Assembly: GCA_963820525.1 (NCBI GenBank)
Contig: CAWGAA010000003.1
Coordinates: 224,001 to 288,000 of the forward strand
Length of the DNA stretch: 64,000 bases
Direction of reading: 5' to 3'
DNA from: an uncultured Spirochaetota bacterium
Lineage (GTDB): Bacteria; Spirochaetota; Spirochaetia; SZUA-6; Fen-1364
This document shows positions 1 through 11,094 of the stretch, one piece after another (the first letter of the stretch is position 1; each line of letters starts with the position of its first letter). The position numbers were made by a program, and so were the translations under genes. Under the pieces are notes generated by a model that was not told the DNA's origin, did no database searches, and worked only from the letters and a program-made list of their open reading frames with translations.

Positions 1-3000
1 CCATCACGTCGTCTTCTCCGAAGATGGCGTTGACCGTTCCATCTACCGAGTCCAGAGTTAGGCTCAAGCTGGATGGGACTTCGACAATTCCCGTTAAGGT
101 CACGGGGCCTGTCCAGTACTCACTTGTGAAGAGCGTACCGGCCGTTGTGTTATGAACCTCTACAGGGATGCTTGCAACCTGGCTCTTACCCCAAAAATCG
201 CTTACTGTGAGCTTCAGCGTATAGCTGGTCTGCTGATTCCTTCCAAATTGGAAGTACGCCGCTGTGTTCCCCGCATCCGGCCATGCAAAGACCACTTTCT
301 GTTGATCCGAGAAGTCGATCGGGCTTCCTCCGCCCAGATTCCAGGAGTACGTAATGGGGTAATCTCGCTCTTCGTCTTCCACTCGAACAAGTTTCTCCAG
401 GGTGAGCGGCGCCCCTGGCGTTGTCATAACGCTTGCTCCACCGCCCGCTATCGAAACCGCCGGCGCCGCGTTGAAGCGGAGCACATCTCCCATCGTCGTT
501 TTATTGCCGTAGAGATCGGTCCCAATTACGCTAAAGTCCGCCGTACCGGGCCCCGAAACCGTCACGGTGCCATAGGAGTTGATTGATGTATCCGACGAGC
601 CCGGCGGCCGTCCATTTTTCGTCACGGGCTGTGAGCCGTACAGGGCGCTGTTCACGGAGAGCTCGAATGCAGTGCCCTCCTTCCCCGAGGTGAACGTAAG
701 CATCTCCGCCTGTTCGTTGGTAAGCGCATTCCCGTCTCTTTCTTTTAGAACTGTATTGGAATAGATCAATCCGAGCACCGGAGCCGTCCAATTGATATCC
801 ACCTGGTACTCGCTTGCTATCGCGGGGCCCCAGTCCTCAGTGCCGTTCCGGAACCGAACGAAGGCGTAGTAGCTCCTCTGTTGGGATGCGCGCTCTATCC
901 CCACACCCGCCGTACTCCAATCGACGGCCGGAAGATTGTCGGCTATGGAAACGGGGAGGGTTGCCATGCTCCAATCAGGATCAAGGTCCATTGATAGCAT
1001 AGTCTGGTAGGCTAGCAGGCCGCTTTGGCTGTCCTTGGCCGCTAGCGTCCACCCATCAATTACTCCCGTATTTCCCGAAGCGTTGCTATATCTGCTGGCA
1101 CGAGATATGGAGATGCCGCTTGCCGGAGTTTCGTCGACCAGAATCGTCTCACTGGGCGTTGTAACGCTCCAGATTCCCGTTCTGCTCTGCGCCTTCACCT
1201 CGAGGGCAAGCGTCTGTCCGTCCACCGGGATCATATGCGCATCCGATATCATCGCCGTATAAGGAGCTTTCCACTCGGTGTTCGCCATTCCCCTGTAGTC
1301 CGAGGTCCAGTCCTGGAGAATCTGCCCCGTGAAGGCATCAGTAAGCTTCCACTGGATCTGCTGCACACTTCCTGGACCCTTCACCGGAGTGTAATTAACC
1401 GCTTTCACATTGAAGTGGTCGCTAAAGTACTTGGTGTATTTGAAATCGGCCAGCACAGGTACAGTGGTGCAGATCGTCATGGAAACAGTTTTTGATCCGC
1501 CCAACCCCAAAGCCGTTACTGGCCATACGGTCGCGTGAATCTCATCTCCTTCTTTGTAGCCCAACTCCTTCCAACTGCCGCTCCAAAGCTTCTGCGTTTG
1601 CACGATCGGAGTCTTGTCCCCGATTATGAGCTGGTAGTTCTGAATGAAGTCCGAATCGCTATCGACTTGCCAACTGAAGCTCACCGAGTTTTCGCTTAAG
1701 TTCATCTGCAGAGCAGCGATCGCGGGGAAGCTACCTTCGGCCCTGAAGGCGGGACTGTAGAGCACGCTCTCGTTTCCCGCATTGTCCACCGCATGGCCCT
1801 TGAGCATCCAGATCGAGCCTACCTGAGCCGTCTGTGAGCCGGACCCCAGAGAAAGAGCCGGCGAATATTGTAGCTGTGCGGCCGATATGTTGGAGCCTTC
1901 AACCGGGTCTCCCACCGCGAGGAAACCTGTAGCATTATTCCAGGTCCCTGCCTGAACGTCAAAACCCTTGAGCCCGGATTCGTAGTCACCTGAATCTACC
2001 TGGCCGAGGACCGATGGCGGACTTCCAAGCGCTGTAAGCTGTACGTGGCCGGCGATCGCCGTTTTTACGCCGCCGCTCGACGTAACGGCGATCACCGTAT
2101 TGACCCACGGCGCTTTGCTGTCAAGAACGACCCCCCTGCTGTAGCCCACACTCTCAAGGCCCACCCCGTTCACCGCCTTGACCGCGAAGAAAAGCACTGT
2201 GCCGTCGGAATATGTCCCCGAATCGGACCCGTACCTCAACTGCGAGAAATCCAATCCGCTTACCGAGGTTCCTCCGCTCACCTGAGTCCAGGGGTTCGTT
2301 GTAAGCTCGCCTGTATTCGTGTATGCCTTCCAGTAATACTTGACGGTGCCGCTTTCAGGGTCCGGCGATGTGAAGTTCCAGTTGAAACTCAAAGTCTGGT
2401 ATCGGCTGCCCAGCGGATCGCCCTGCACACCGCTTGGCTTGTAGCGAACCGCCTCCGCCATCGGCATCACAAACGGAGCCGGCGGCGCGGTGCCGTCTAC
2501 AATCATGATCCCGCTTTCCTGCGTTGTGGTAAGCCCGGCCCCATTTTCAACGGATACTTCCACTACAATCCGGTCCGCGGTCGCAACACCCCCCGTCCCG
2601 CTCAAGTCGATATCAAGCCGCTGCCCTGCTGCCTCGATGGACGCGAGGTTATCCTGCCTCACAAGCGCCCACGCCCAGCTCCCATCGGGCTGAATAACCG
2701 AACGCTTCACCAACACGGTGCCTCCGGTGGCCCCGGATTGCGTATCCGACCCCGTGAATGTTAGCCACACGTCATTCGGTGCCACATAGACGGGAACGGC
2801 GGTGAGCGCCACCACAGGCGGTGTCGTGTCGACCACACTCCCCGCGCTTGTCACATCCGCAAGCACATTGCCGTCGGCGTCGAAGGCCTCCACCTCCACC
2901 GCAACGGATTCCCCGTCGCTGAGCGTGACGCTCGAGGCCTGCGTCGTAACATCCAGGTCCAGTATGGTTGATGTCGTTTGCTGTTGGACGCTCCAATCCC

Positions 3001-6000
3001 GAAGGGCCGCCCTGTCGCCTAGTCGAATCCAACGGTTGGCATAGCTTGCTGGACTTCCCCCTGCGTACCCCCAGCGTGCCACTATCTTGCCGGTTCCCGC
3101 GTTGAAGTTCTGATTGTTGACGAAAAGCCCGGTGCCGGACACCGTCATCACGATCGGCGATGCGCTCACTGAGATTCCCGAGCCGCTTGTCGCAGTGAAT
3201 ACAACACTAAACGTTCCCGCAGATGGGATGACGATATCGCTTCCCGGACGGTACCCCTGGCTTTCACCCGCTCCCGTGGCACCGAGGCTCTGATACGACC
3301 AGCTCCATTGCACTGTTCCGCACTGGTCCGTTGCCGCTGTATGTACCTGGATGCTCTGCCCTACGATAAACTCGCTTCCCACAATCGAGGCCGTGACCCC
3401 CTGCGGGCCGATTCCATCCTTGATAAACACCGGGCTTGAAAGCACCGGACCCACAACGTCGTTTGCGTTTCTCACCTGAAGCTGCACTCTGTAACACTGC
3501 CCATCACTGCTTATGCGGCTTCGAACCTCCTCGAACGTCTGGCCCCACTGGCTCCACTCATCGCCATTCTCCTGGGCAGTCCCGTTTTGTTCGACAAGCT
3601 GTACATTCCACCGCGCGTCTTTCACCGGGTTTGCGCCGCTTGTATCCGTTGGAACATAGCTCACCGAAAGATCCGATGCCTGCCGAATCCAATTGCGACC
3701 CGAGGCGTTTCTCATTCCGCCTACCGACAACGCCACGTCCGGCCCAGCCGCCGAATACCTGACGGCCCAAGCGCTGCTGCCGGAGGCCGGCCATTCCGAA
3801 CTGTTCCCGGCCTTATCCGTCAGCTTTATGTGCAATTTTCGAACGCCGTCTTGCGCCCCCGCGAATGTCAGAGAGTAGGTGTCTGTGGAATGGGGAACAT
3901 CGAAAAGCGCTGTTGGAACGGGCGAAACAACCGCCGCCGTCCATACCGACGTCGTTGGCGCCTGACCTTCGGTCCACTGGTATGCCGCTTCCGCAAGACC
4001 TGCCCCACCGTTCTCGTTCACCTCGATGACCGCCGTGATGGCTCCGTCCGCTCCGACATACGTGTTTCCTTCGGGGTCCGTCTCTGAAGTCACAAAATGG
4101 AAAGAGTTGGCCACCAGAACCGGCGGGGTTGTGTCCAATACCTTTGGTATCGCAGATGTGTTGAATTGATTTCCTGCATTGTCCTCCGCGATTACCTGAA
4201 TTGAATACTGCTCATCTGCAAGCGGAAGAGGGAAGTTGAAATTTCCCGCTGAATCGAAACTCACTGACTGGGGATCAACAAACGATTGGGTGCTGCCCCC
4301 CACAATTGGAGCCCAGCTTACCTTGACGCTCCTTAGCCCACTCCCTTCGGTATTATCACTGGCCGTCCCGGAGACCGTCTTTGAGTTCGTGGCAACGTTC
4401 GCGCTTGCCATCATCCCGGAAAAGGTTATCTGCGGTGGATCGACATCCCAATTGATGTTTCCGAAGGACAGCTGCTTGTAAGCATTAAGATTACTTGGGA
4501 CAGAAAAATCGGCAGGCTCTGTATCGATCCATTCGTCAAGCTTGATGAGAATCTTATTTGACTGGAGGACACCCTTGAGCTGGCTCAGTGAGTTGGTATT
4601 CGAGTCCAACTTACACATCTTCCATAAGTTATAGTCGCAAATAAGGTCATAAATTGGATCCGTTTCTTGACCGGATACGTTAATCGACGGTGTAATCGTC
4701 TGCTTTTCATAGGAGGTGGATGTGCTAAACTCACCATGGCCGTTATCAATCCCAAGCTCGAATCTGTAGTGGATGGTGTTGCCGTCCTCCGTTTGGATAA
4801 GAATATTGTGTTGGGTTAGCCTCGCTTTGGCTCCAAGCCACTGTGTTCCCAGGGCCAATTGCGGCAATGATGAGTATGGCACCTGGTATGATAGTGCCGC
4901 TGGTGCCTCGATCCGGATGTTTTGAGTGATGTTCACGTTTTCGGTATGGCCTGGGTCCGCCGTAATTTCGATGTATGGTTCATAATAGACTGTTTTCCCC
5001 GCTATCAAGTCGCTGCTATAATAGGGCGTCGCTCCTTGTACTTTTACACAGTCACTGTTTGGAGAGAGTTCAATCCCAGTTGCGTTGGTTACCTCAGTTG
5101 CCGGATTGGCGATGCAAGTGCCATCCGTTCCTATTCCCCACTTCAAGCCCCGTGTTCCGTTGCCTATTGTCTGATTCTGCCAGAATATTCCTGAAAGCGC
5201 TCCATCAAATGGCTGACGCGCCGGCGCCATGAAAGGCCCTGCAGAGCCCCACTGGGGTTTGAAGATCCGTACCGTCTTGGAAATCGAAGGCTTCCCAGTC
5301 TCGTCTTTAGCCTGAACGATCAGTTTACGGCTGTTTTCCGCGCCCCAGGCGAAAACGTAGCTTGCGCAACTGCTCACCAGATTAAGCTCTGTTGAAGTAT
5401 TTGCCGTCAAATCCGTGATCTCGATTTTGTAGCTCGGAAGTGTAGACAGTGTAGAATCGAGCTCCGAGTCTTGGTATCTAATGATTAAGGTGTCGGAGGC
5501 GAGTACTGAAGGAACTTTATCAGCCAGTAAACCCCAAAACCCGTCATCTTTGAGACTCCAAGCGTCGGAATCACCATACTTGCGTTCGAGCATCGAAAGA
5601 CTGACGGGGCTAGGTTGGGCCCGATGGAGAGAAAAGGTTATGGTTCCGGTGCTGAACATCCCCGAGGCATCCGTAAGTTTGTATTTGAGCGTATAGGGTC
5701 CGTCAGTAAAAGAATGTCCATTAGCGTCAGTGAAAGGAATCGCAGCAGTGTACTTCCCGCTGCTGTCGACTGCGAAATCTATTGCTGCGCTGCTATAGGA
5801 TACTGTCGCGTCATTGCGCTTGAGAGAGGTGACTTCTACTTTTTGGGGAGGCGCGTAGCAGCCAGCGCTGTAGGTTTTAGTAATGAGGTCCTGGTTAAAT
5901 GATAAAATTAAATGATCTGCGTTGATTGGTTTGGTGGGATCGAGTTCCATGTCTGCATTATTAGTAAATAAGTCAGTATATCTTTTATTCTGCGCGCCAA

Positions 6001-7618
6001 GTGAAATTGCTACATTATTTCCTGTGATCGTGTATATAGATGCTGACGTGTTGCCTGCATTATCGGTGGCTGTGATTATATATTCATAAGCTCCGGTAAT
6101 GGGTGTAAAGCTGGTGGCATCACCTGTGATGTCATTGCCGCTCTTTGTATATTTATAACTAATTGATTTGAAGCCACTAGTGGTATCTGTCGAAGAGAAC
6201 CCCACCGACCCATGAACATAATAGCTGCCGCGCGGTATCCATCCGCTTGGTGGAGTTATGATGGGCGAATATCGATCGATTTTTATATTCTCATTAGGTG
6301 ATTCAGGAAGTATTTTTTCATTGCCAACAGCATCTTCTGCCTTGAATCGAATACTGTATTTACCATCTAAAAGCACAGTATCAAGCCACGTAGAAGGACG
6401 TGTTCCTCCTCCAAGCGAGATCCAGTCTTTTTGATTCAGGTGTCCCTCCCGAGATACCTCAAGTCCAGCACCTAACGCGTCTGTAGCGGAGATTGCAAGA
6501 GGGTGATAAGCTTCAAATCCGAACCAAGCCGAATTATACCAGCCCGTTGTGCTGTCAGGTGGTGGTATTATAATATCAGGAGCGCTAGCCAGTATTTTTC
6601 GATATACTGTTATATTATTGTCCGCTTGATTACCAGCAGCGTCTTTCACTTTGAAGGTGAGGGTATATACTCCAGAATTGCCTGCTGAAAAAGACGCAGT
6701 TGCAGTTGTATTATTTGCCGGATTGCCATCATTTAGAGTTAGGTCTTTAAATGTGCGAGAAGCATTATCCTTATCGACATACGTTTCATCATATGTGAAA
6801 CAGGATACAATAAACCCACTTCCATCAGAGTTGTCCGTAGCTTGCAGCGTTATTTGATCCGATGATTTCCCAGGTGGAAGCCGACCATATTCGTCCGGTG
6901 CCGGCGAAGAGATAATTGAAAGAGATGGCGGTACTTTGTCGATAGTGGTTACTCTATAGTCTGTTGGATCACTGATATTTCCAACTTTATCTATTGCGCG
7001 AAACCAAACTGTGGTCTTATTCTCGGTTACAGTGCAACTATCGCCAGGGGACCAATTCGTATCACCTTGGATCTTATGTTCATACCCATACAAGCCCGAT
7101 CCAGTGTCTGTGCTTATTCCAGTGTTCTTTACTACCACCTTATCATTAGTCCAGGAGTCTGGGGATATTGTTATATCTTCAAGGAGCGGCGCTGTTGGTT
7201 TGGTTGTGTCGCTTATGAAAGTAAAAGATTCATGAATAATGACATATGTATTGAGCCCCATATGTGCTATTATTGAAATAACAAGGTTTACGTTACCAAA
7301 AACAGTAAAAGGCACATCTACAGTATTCGCGTCATCGTCCACATAAGTAGGGGGATGCAGTGTCCCATCGGGCCTGAAGACATAACAACTATACCATGGT
7401 GTATCCAAGCCAGGGTCTTCGTCTTTCTGAAAGCGAAATCCAAGCGATGAGCCCTTATAATAGTAAGTGTTTGCGTCGATTGCAGAAAGATTATCGCTGA
7501 GCGCAATGAGCCTTACGTAATAAAGATAACTTGAAGGGGAGCCATTATAGATCATTGTATCAGCAAAACTATATGACACTGAGAAAAGTACTACCAAGAT
7601 TACCAAAACTTTCTTCAT
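1..7618 (-). CDS. Giant secreted/cell-surface protein with repeated Ig-like beta-sandwich modules (>2539 aa, 3' end beyond window)
   Basis: ATG at 7618 gives a signal-peptide-like MKKVLVILVVLFSVSYSFAD. Spot translations near 7450, 5250, 4100, 3270, 800 and 1-60 are all open in the same frame. Recurrent DTTPP-type and 'D.AGN' Ig-like motifs. Missing from the ORF track, as expected for an ORF with no stop in the window. Confidence 0.85.
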   Translation of the reverse strand, partial: MKKVLVILVVLFSVSYSFADTMIYNGSPSSYLYYVRLIALSDNLSAIDANTYYYKGSSLGFRFQKDEDPGLDTPWYSCYVFRPDGTLHPPTYVDDDANTVDVPFTVFGNVNLVISIIAHMGLNTYVIIHESFTFISDTTKPTAPLLEDITISPDSWTNDKVVVKNTGISTDTGSGLYGYEHKIQGDTNWSPGDSCTVTENKTTVWFRAIDKVGNISDPTDYRVTTIDKVPPSLSIISSPAPDEYGRLPPGKSSDQITLQATDNSDGSGFIVSCFTYDETYVDKDNASRTFKDLTLNDGNPANNTTATASFSAGNSGVYTLTFKVKDAAGNQADNNITVYRKILASAPDIIIPPPDSTTGWYNSAWFGFEAYHPLAISATDALGAGLEVSREGHLNQKDWISLGGGTRPSTWLDTVLLDGKYSIRFKAEDAVGNEKILPESPNENIKIDRYSPIITPPSGWIPRGSYYVHGSVGFSSTDTTSGFKSISYKYTKSGNDITGDATSFTPITGAYEYIITATDNAGNTSASIYTITGNNVAISLGAQNKRYTDLFTNNADMELDPTKPINADHLILSFNQDLITKTYSAGCYAPPQKVEVTSLKRNDATVSYSSAAIDFAVDSSGKYTAAIPFTDANGHSFTDGPYTLKYKLTDASGMFSTGTITFSLHRAQPSPVSLSMLERKYGDSDAWSLKDDGFWGLLADKVPSVLASDTLIIRYQDSELDSTLSTLPSYKIEITDLTANTSTELNLVSSCASYVFAWGAENSRKLIVQAKDETGKPSISKTVRIFKPQWGSAGPFMAPARQPFDGALSGIFWQNQTIGNGTRGLKWGIGTDGTCIANPATEVTNATGIELSPNSDCVKVQGATPYYSSDLIAGKTVYYEPYIEITADPGHTENVNITQNIRIEAPAALSYQVPYSSLPQLALGTQWLGAKARLTQHNILIQTEDGNTIHYRFELGIDNGHGEFSTSTSYEKQTITPSINVSGQETDPIYDLICDYNLWKMCKLDSNTNSLSQLKGVLQSNKILIKLDEWIDTEPADFSVPSNLNAYKQLSFGNINWDVDPPQITFSGMMASANVATNSKTVSGTASDNTEGSGLRSVKVSWAPIVGGSTQSFVDPQSVSFDSAGNFNFPLPLADEQYSIQVIAEDNAGNQFNTSAIPKVLDTTPPVLVANSFHFVTSETDPEGNTYVGADGAITAVIEVNENGGAGLAEAAYQWTEGQAPTTSVWTAAVVSPVPTALFDVPHSTDTYSLTFAGAQDGVRKLHIKLTDKAGNSSEWPASGSSAWAVRYSAAGPDVALSVGGMRNASGRNWIRQASDLSVSYVPTDTSGANPVKDARWNVQLVEQNGTAQENGDEWSQWGQTFEEVRSRISSDGQCYRVQLQVRNANDVVGPVLSSPVFIKDGIGPQGVTASIVGSEFIVGQSIQVHTAATDQCGTVQWSWSYQSLGATGAGESQGYRPGSDIVIPSAGTFSVVFTATSGSGISVSASPIVMTVSGTGLFVNNQNFNAGTGKIVARWGYAGGSPASYANRWIRLGDRAALRDWSVQQQTTSTILDLDVTTQASSVTLSDGESVAVEVEAFDADGNVLADVTSAGSVVDTTPPVVALTAVPVYVAPNDVWLTFTGSDTQSGATGGTVLVKRSVIQPDGSWAWALVRQDNLASIEAAGQRLDIDLSGTGGVATADRIVVEVSVENGAGLTTTQESGIMIVDGTAPPAPFVMPMAEAVRYKPSGVQGDPLGSRYQTLSFNWNFTSPDPESGTVKYYWKAYTNTGELTTNPWTQVSGGTSVSGLDFSQLRYGSDSGTYSDGTVLFFAVKAVNGVGLESVGYSRGVVLDSKAPWVNTVIAVTSSGGVKTAIAGHVQLTALGSPPSVLGQVDSGDYESGLKGFDVQAGTWNNATGFLAVGDPVEGSNISAAQLQYSPALSLGSGSQTAQVGSIWMLKGHAVDNAGNESVLYSPAFRAEGSFPAIAALQMNLSENSVSFSWQVDSDSDFIQNYQLIIGDKTPIVQTQKLWSGSWKELGYKEGDEIHATVWPVTALGLGGSKTVSMTICTTVPVLADFKYTKYFSDHFNVKAVNYTPVKGPGSVQQIQWKLTDAFTGQILQDWTSDYRGMANTEWKAPYTAMISDAHMIPVDGQTLALEVKAQSRTGIWSVTTPSETILVDETPASGISISRASRYSNASGNTGVIDGWTLAAKDSQSGLLAYQTMLSMDLDPDWSMATLPVSIADNLPAVDWSTAGVGIERASQQRSYYAFVRFRNGTEDWGPAIASEYQVDINWTAPVLGLIYSNTVLKERDGNALTNEQAEMLTFTSGKEGTAFELSVNSALYGSQPVTKNGRPPGSSDTSINSYGTVTVSGPGTADFSVIGTDLYGNKTTMGDVLRFNAAPAVSIAGGGASVMTTPGAPLTLEKLVRVEDEERDYPITYSWNLGGGSPIDFSDQQKVVFAWPDAGNTAAYFQFGRNQQTSYTLKLTVSDFWGKSQVASIPVEVHNTTAGTLFTSEYWTGPVTLTGIVEVPSSLSLTLDSVDGTVNAIFGEDDVM

Positions 7619-7688
7619 AACAAGTCAGCTCCCTTCTAAGCTTTTAATTGCGGTCCAACTATCCCAGACCGGATTCCCTCATTCTTCT

Positions 7689-9393
7689 CTATGGCTTAAC
7701 GCCCGCCACAAGATTTATTCCTGAACGTGTCTCACCATTGGACAACGAAAAGTTTGGCACTGCTGGAGGATTTGCCCCAGAACCTCCGTAATAGCCAATG
7801 TAATCTCCGGATGAGAATTGGTTATCGTCATCCATATCAACCCAAACCCACAGGTAGAAAGTTCCAGGGATAATGCCAGAAACTGAATAGCTCTGGGTTG
7901 TGCCCGTTCCTGACCAATCTTGTAATGGGGAGTATTGCACAAGGCCAAAGTTGCTATTATAGAGCGTGCTTATGCTTGAAACGATCACAGCCCATGTTTT
8001 GCCGTTAGCATTCCCTGCTGCAATTGTGACCGTCCCATTCACCGATGCGTTCGCTGCGGGGTATGTGCTTAAAGTGATATTAATGTTTGAAAGCGTTCCT
8101 GAAGAGGGGACAACAAGGTTTGGCGCTGAAGGCATCAACACGCCGCTGACACCATACCATCCCAAATAATCCCCCTGTGTGGGCGACAAGCTCGCATCCA
8201 TATCAATAAAGACGGACATAAAGCATGTCCCTGCAGGCACGCTAGAGACTGTATAAGTGGCGGTTGTGCCTGAGCTTCCAAGCAAAGTTCGTATATGCTA
8301 TTACATATGGATTGGTTGGAGAGCTTATTATAATAGAAACGTTTTTCCCGTTTGCATTTGCTGATGGAATTGTCAAAGTTCCCGTGACGCTGGCTGCTGT
8401 ATAGGTGGATAATGCTATATTTTGTATTACCGTTCCCGTGTAAGAAACAGAGACATCCGATGCCGTTCCATAGTAATCGCCGTTGGTAAGCAAGCCATTG
8501 CCATCCATATCAATATGGACTGAAATATCATATATGCCTTCTGGGATATCAGTAGCAGTATATGTGGCTGTCGAATTATTTATCCAGGATAGAAGCACGG
8601 AATAAGAGGTGCCACTTTCAGCTCGGAGAAATGCCGTCCCCCCGCCATATGCGCTCGCGTCTGGTGCCGGAAGAGTCACGGTTCCGGAGACAATTGCTTT
8701 CGGAAGCAGATTGGCCGTCACTTGGTACGTCTGAGTAGTGGTATCACCCGCAGTGACTGTGTAGATCACAGGTACACCATCAGTGAAGGTCTGTGCAACT
8801 CCGCTTCCAGGGTTGACTGATGCGCCGGTAATTTGTATGGATGGTTTTAATGAGATAAGACTCGTACCTGCAGCAACACCGACCGAAACAGTATGATTAT
8901 TATTATCTACCGTTCCAATGAAATCATGCGATAGTGTTGGATTATCAGCCTTCTTGAAAGCAAAGCTAATGATGTTCTTTTCATTTGCTCCAGGCCGTGT
9001 GACAACTATAGTATATGTTATAACTGTTGTTCCATCTTCAGCATTTACTGCTATCGAGATTGTCGTGCTAGAGCCAATAGGTAAGGCAATAGGATTGCAT
9101 GCAGATCCGGATGTAATTGAAATCCCATTAACTTGGATTGTAGCTTTTGAGCTTGTGGCTGTGGGCGTCACTGTTATTGAGAAATCGGCGTAAGATACTG
9201 TCGCATTATAGCTCGTCGTAGCCGAGGCGAAGCTTGGTGTCAATGAGCCCGCAGAAATCTCAATGCCGGAGAGTGTCGCATCACTAGACTTGCTATTTTG
9301 TTGTTGGTTACCACTTGGCATTGAACAAGATAATAATACTATCAATAAAAATATCGAGATGATATAATATATAGATAGTTTATAAAATAACAT
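7689..9393 (-). CDS. Lipoprotein with cadherin-like beta-sandwich domain and repeated C-terminal modules; split by a frameshift near 8280 (ORFs 8242-9393 and 7689-8285)
   Basis: Lipobox LLSC. SSDATLSGIEISAGSLTPSF resembles the cadherin-like beta-sandwich family. Three DMD...GDY.G repeats continue across the two overlapping ORFs. Confidence 0.75.
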
Positions 9394-9444
9394 TTTAGTC
9401 CTCTCTTTTTTTAAAAGAAATCGTTCTTAAGACTGAGTAACGCG

Positions 9445-9510
9445 TTTATAACATGGAGTACTTGAGAATGCAAGGAATATTTTTCGAAGGTATCACTATG
9501 ATACCTTCGA
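9445..9510 (-). promoter_or_regulatory. Putative sigma70 promoter for the lipoprotein/giant protein genes with an upstream 12-bp palindrome
   Basis: Minus strand TTGCAT(9473-9468)-17 nt-TATAAA(9450-9445). Perfect inverted repeat TCGAAGGTATCA-CTA-TGATACCTTCGA at 9484-9510. Confidence 0.55.
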
Positions 9511-9590
9511 GTAGGACCTCACTGAACACAACTCATTTAAAGACCGCATTATATTTGTCAGTTTCGCTGGGGCTGTAAGGAATTTTATTT

Positions 9591-9975
9591 GCCTTCGGTG
9601 GCCACTTATTAAGCGACAACGCGCGCCCACTATGCCCACTGCTGACCTTCTGTCCACCCATCCCCCTCGCCTCGCGGCAGGGGTAGCTCATCGAGCAGAT
9701 GGACAGATCTCACAGGGTAATGCGCACCCACCTGCCCGCTTATGTCCGCTGCATCTACTTTCATGAGTTCCGTACAGGTATTGGACTTTGAGTTTAATAG
9801 CCCTCTTGTCCCTTATAGCTGCCTCATGCAGTTTCTGTTCGTCAGGCCAGTGCTTTGCCTGCGGCTTCTTGGGATTCCGCCTCGCGACGGACAACCTTGC
9901 CGCCCGGCTAACTGTTCCCCTGTCAGGCTAGTAGAGGACTTTCGCCTCCAAGTGAGTGCGCCCTGCCGGGCGCAC
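9591..9975 (-). mobile_element. 3'-truncated class C group II intron fragment (domains I-III only)
   Basis: Starts GTGCGCCCGGCAGGGCGC. Shares blocks with the full intron (GACGAACAGAAACT, CAGAAG(G)TCAGCA..GGGCATAGT, CCGAAGGC), then breaks into AT-rich DNA with no ORF or domain V. Confidence 0.8.
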
Positions 9976-10069
9976 CACTAAATCGACATAGGTAGACCCT
10001 CACGGGTTTTCCCTGTCACACCACCGTACATGCGGGTCTCGCATACGGCGGTTCGGTGGGATTGAGCGC

Positions 10070-11073
10070 TCAGGAAACAAGCGCCGGGAGTCCGAGGGAG
10101 TCAAAGAAAGCATTCGGTAGCGCACGGGTCAGAGCGGGGCTGTTGCTCAGCCTCCATGGTCCGTGCGCACTCCCTACCGTCTCTGCGGCAAGGTCTACAC
10201 TGATCCCCCGGTTCCTTAGCTCTTTGAAGCGGATCTTTCCACGCCTCCACTGCTTCCAGAGGAAGCAGCGCAGCCGCCTTCGGGTCCACCCGTCCAACGT
10301 GCTGAGTATGCTGGGGGTCTCGCAGAATCCGAAGTAGCCCCGCCATCCGATCATGTACCTGCGAAGCTCTCCTATCATCCGCTCGATACTGATTCCGCGT
10401 GTTCGCCGCGTCAGCTCACGAATTCGTTCCTTGAAGCGGAGGATGGATTGGGGCGCCATACGCCTCCTGATCACCTCCCCGCTGGTGAAGCTGAATCCGA
10501 GAAACTTCCGATTCCTTGGCCGCGCCACCGCGCTCTTTGATTCGTTCACCTTGAGCTTGAGCCTTCGAGTGAGAAAGCGCTTCACGCCTTCCATCACCCG
10601 TTGACCCGCTCGCTCGCTCTTCACGTAGATATTGCAATCATCCGCGTAGCGAACGAAACGGTGTCTGCGTTGCTCCAGCTCTCGGTCTAGCTCGTCGAGC
10701 AGCAGGTTGGAAAGAAGGGGGGAGAGGGGTCCGCCTTGCGGCGTGCCTTCCCCCGTCGGTCCCACTAGTCCGTTCTCCATCACTCCAGAGTTCAGAAACC
10801 CTCGGATCAGTTTCAGCATACGCTTGTCACTGATCCTTTTGGCTACGCGACTCATCAACACGTCGTGGTTCACACGGTCGAAGAACTTCTCCAAGTCAAT
10901 GTCCACGACCCAGTCGTAGCCTTGCTGGATGTACTCTTGCGCCTTCACCACTGCCTGGTGTGCCGATCGCCCAGGCCTGAATCCGAAGCTGAACTCGCTG
11001 AACGTGGGGTCCCACCGCTTTTGCAGCACCTGCAGCACCGCCTGTTGCACGAATCGGTCTCCCACCGTCGGGA
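10070..11073 (-). pseudogene. ltrA: Group II intron RT/maturase, C-terminal part (interrupted)
   Basis: PTVGDRFVQQA, SFGFRPGRSAHQA, DLEKFFD, GTPQGGPLSPLLSN and YADD motifs followed by a maturase X domain. Confidence 0.93.
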
Positions 11074-11094
11074 CGGTCAACGCTAAACGCACTC

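Noticed and set aside
152..7506. Many short ORFs listed in the track on both strands
   Set aside because: They are shadows of the single long minus-strand frame and show no recognisable motifs.
10070..11092. RT as a retron, DGR, CRISPR-associated or defence RT
   Set aside because: It has group II motifs, a maturase domain and flanking ribozyme domains; no template/variable repeat pair or cas1 was seen.
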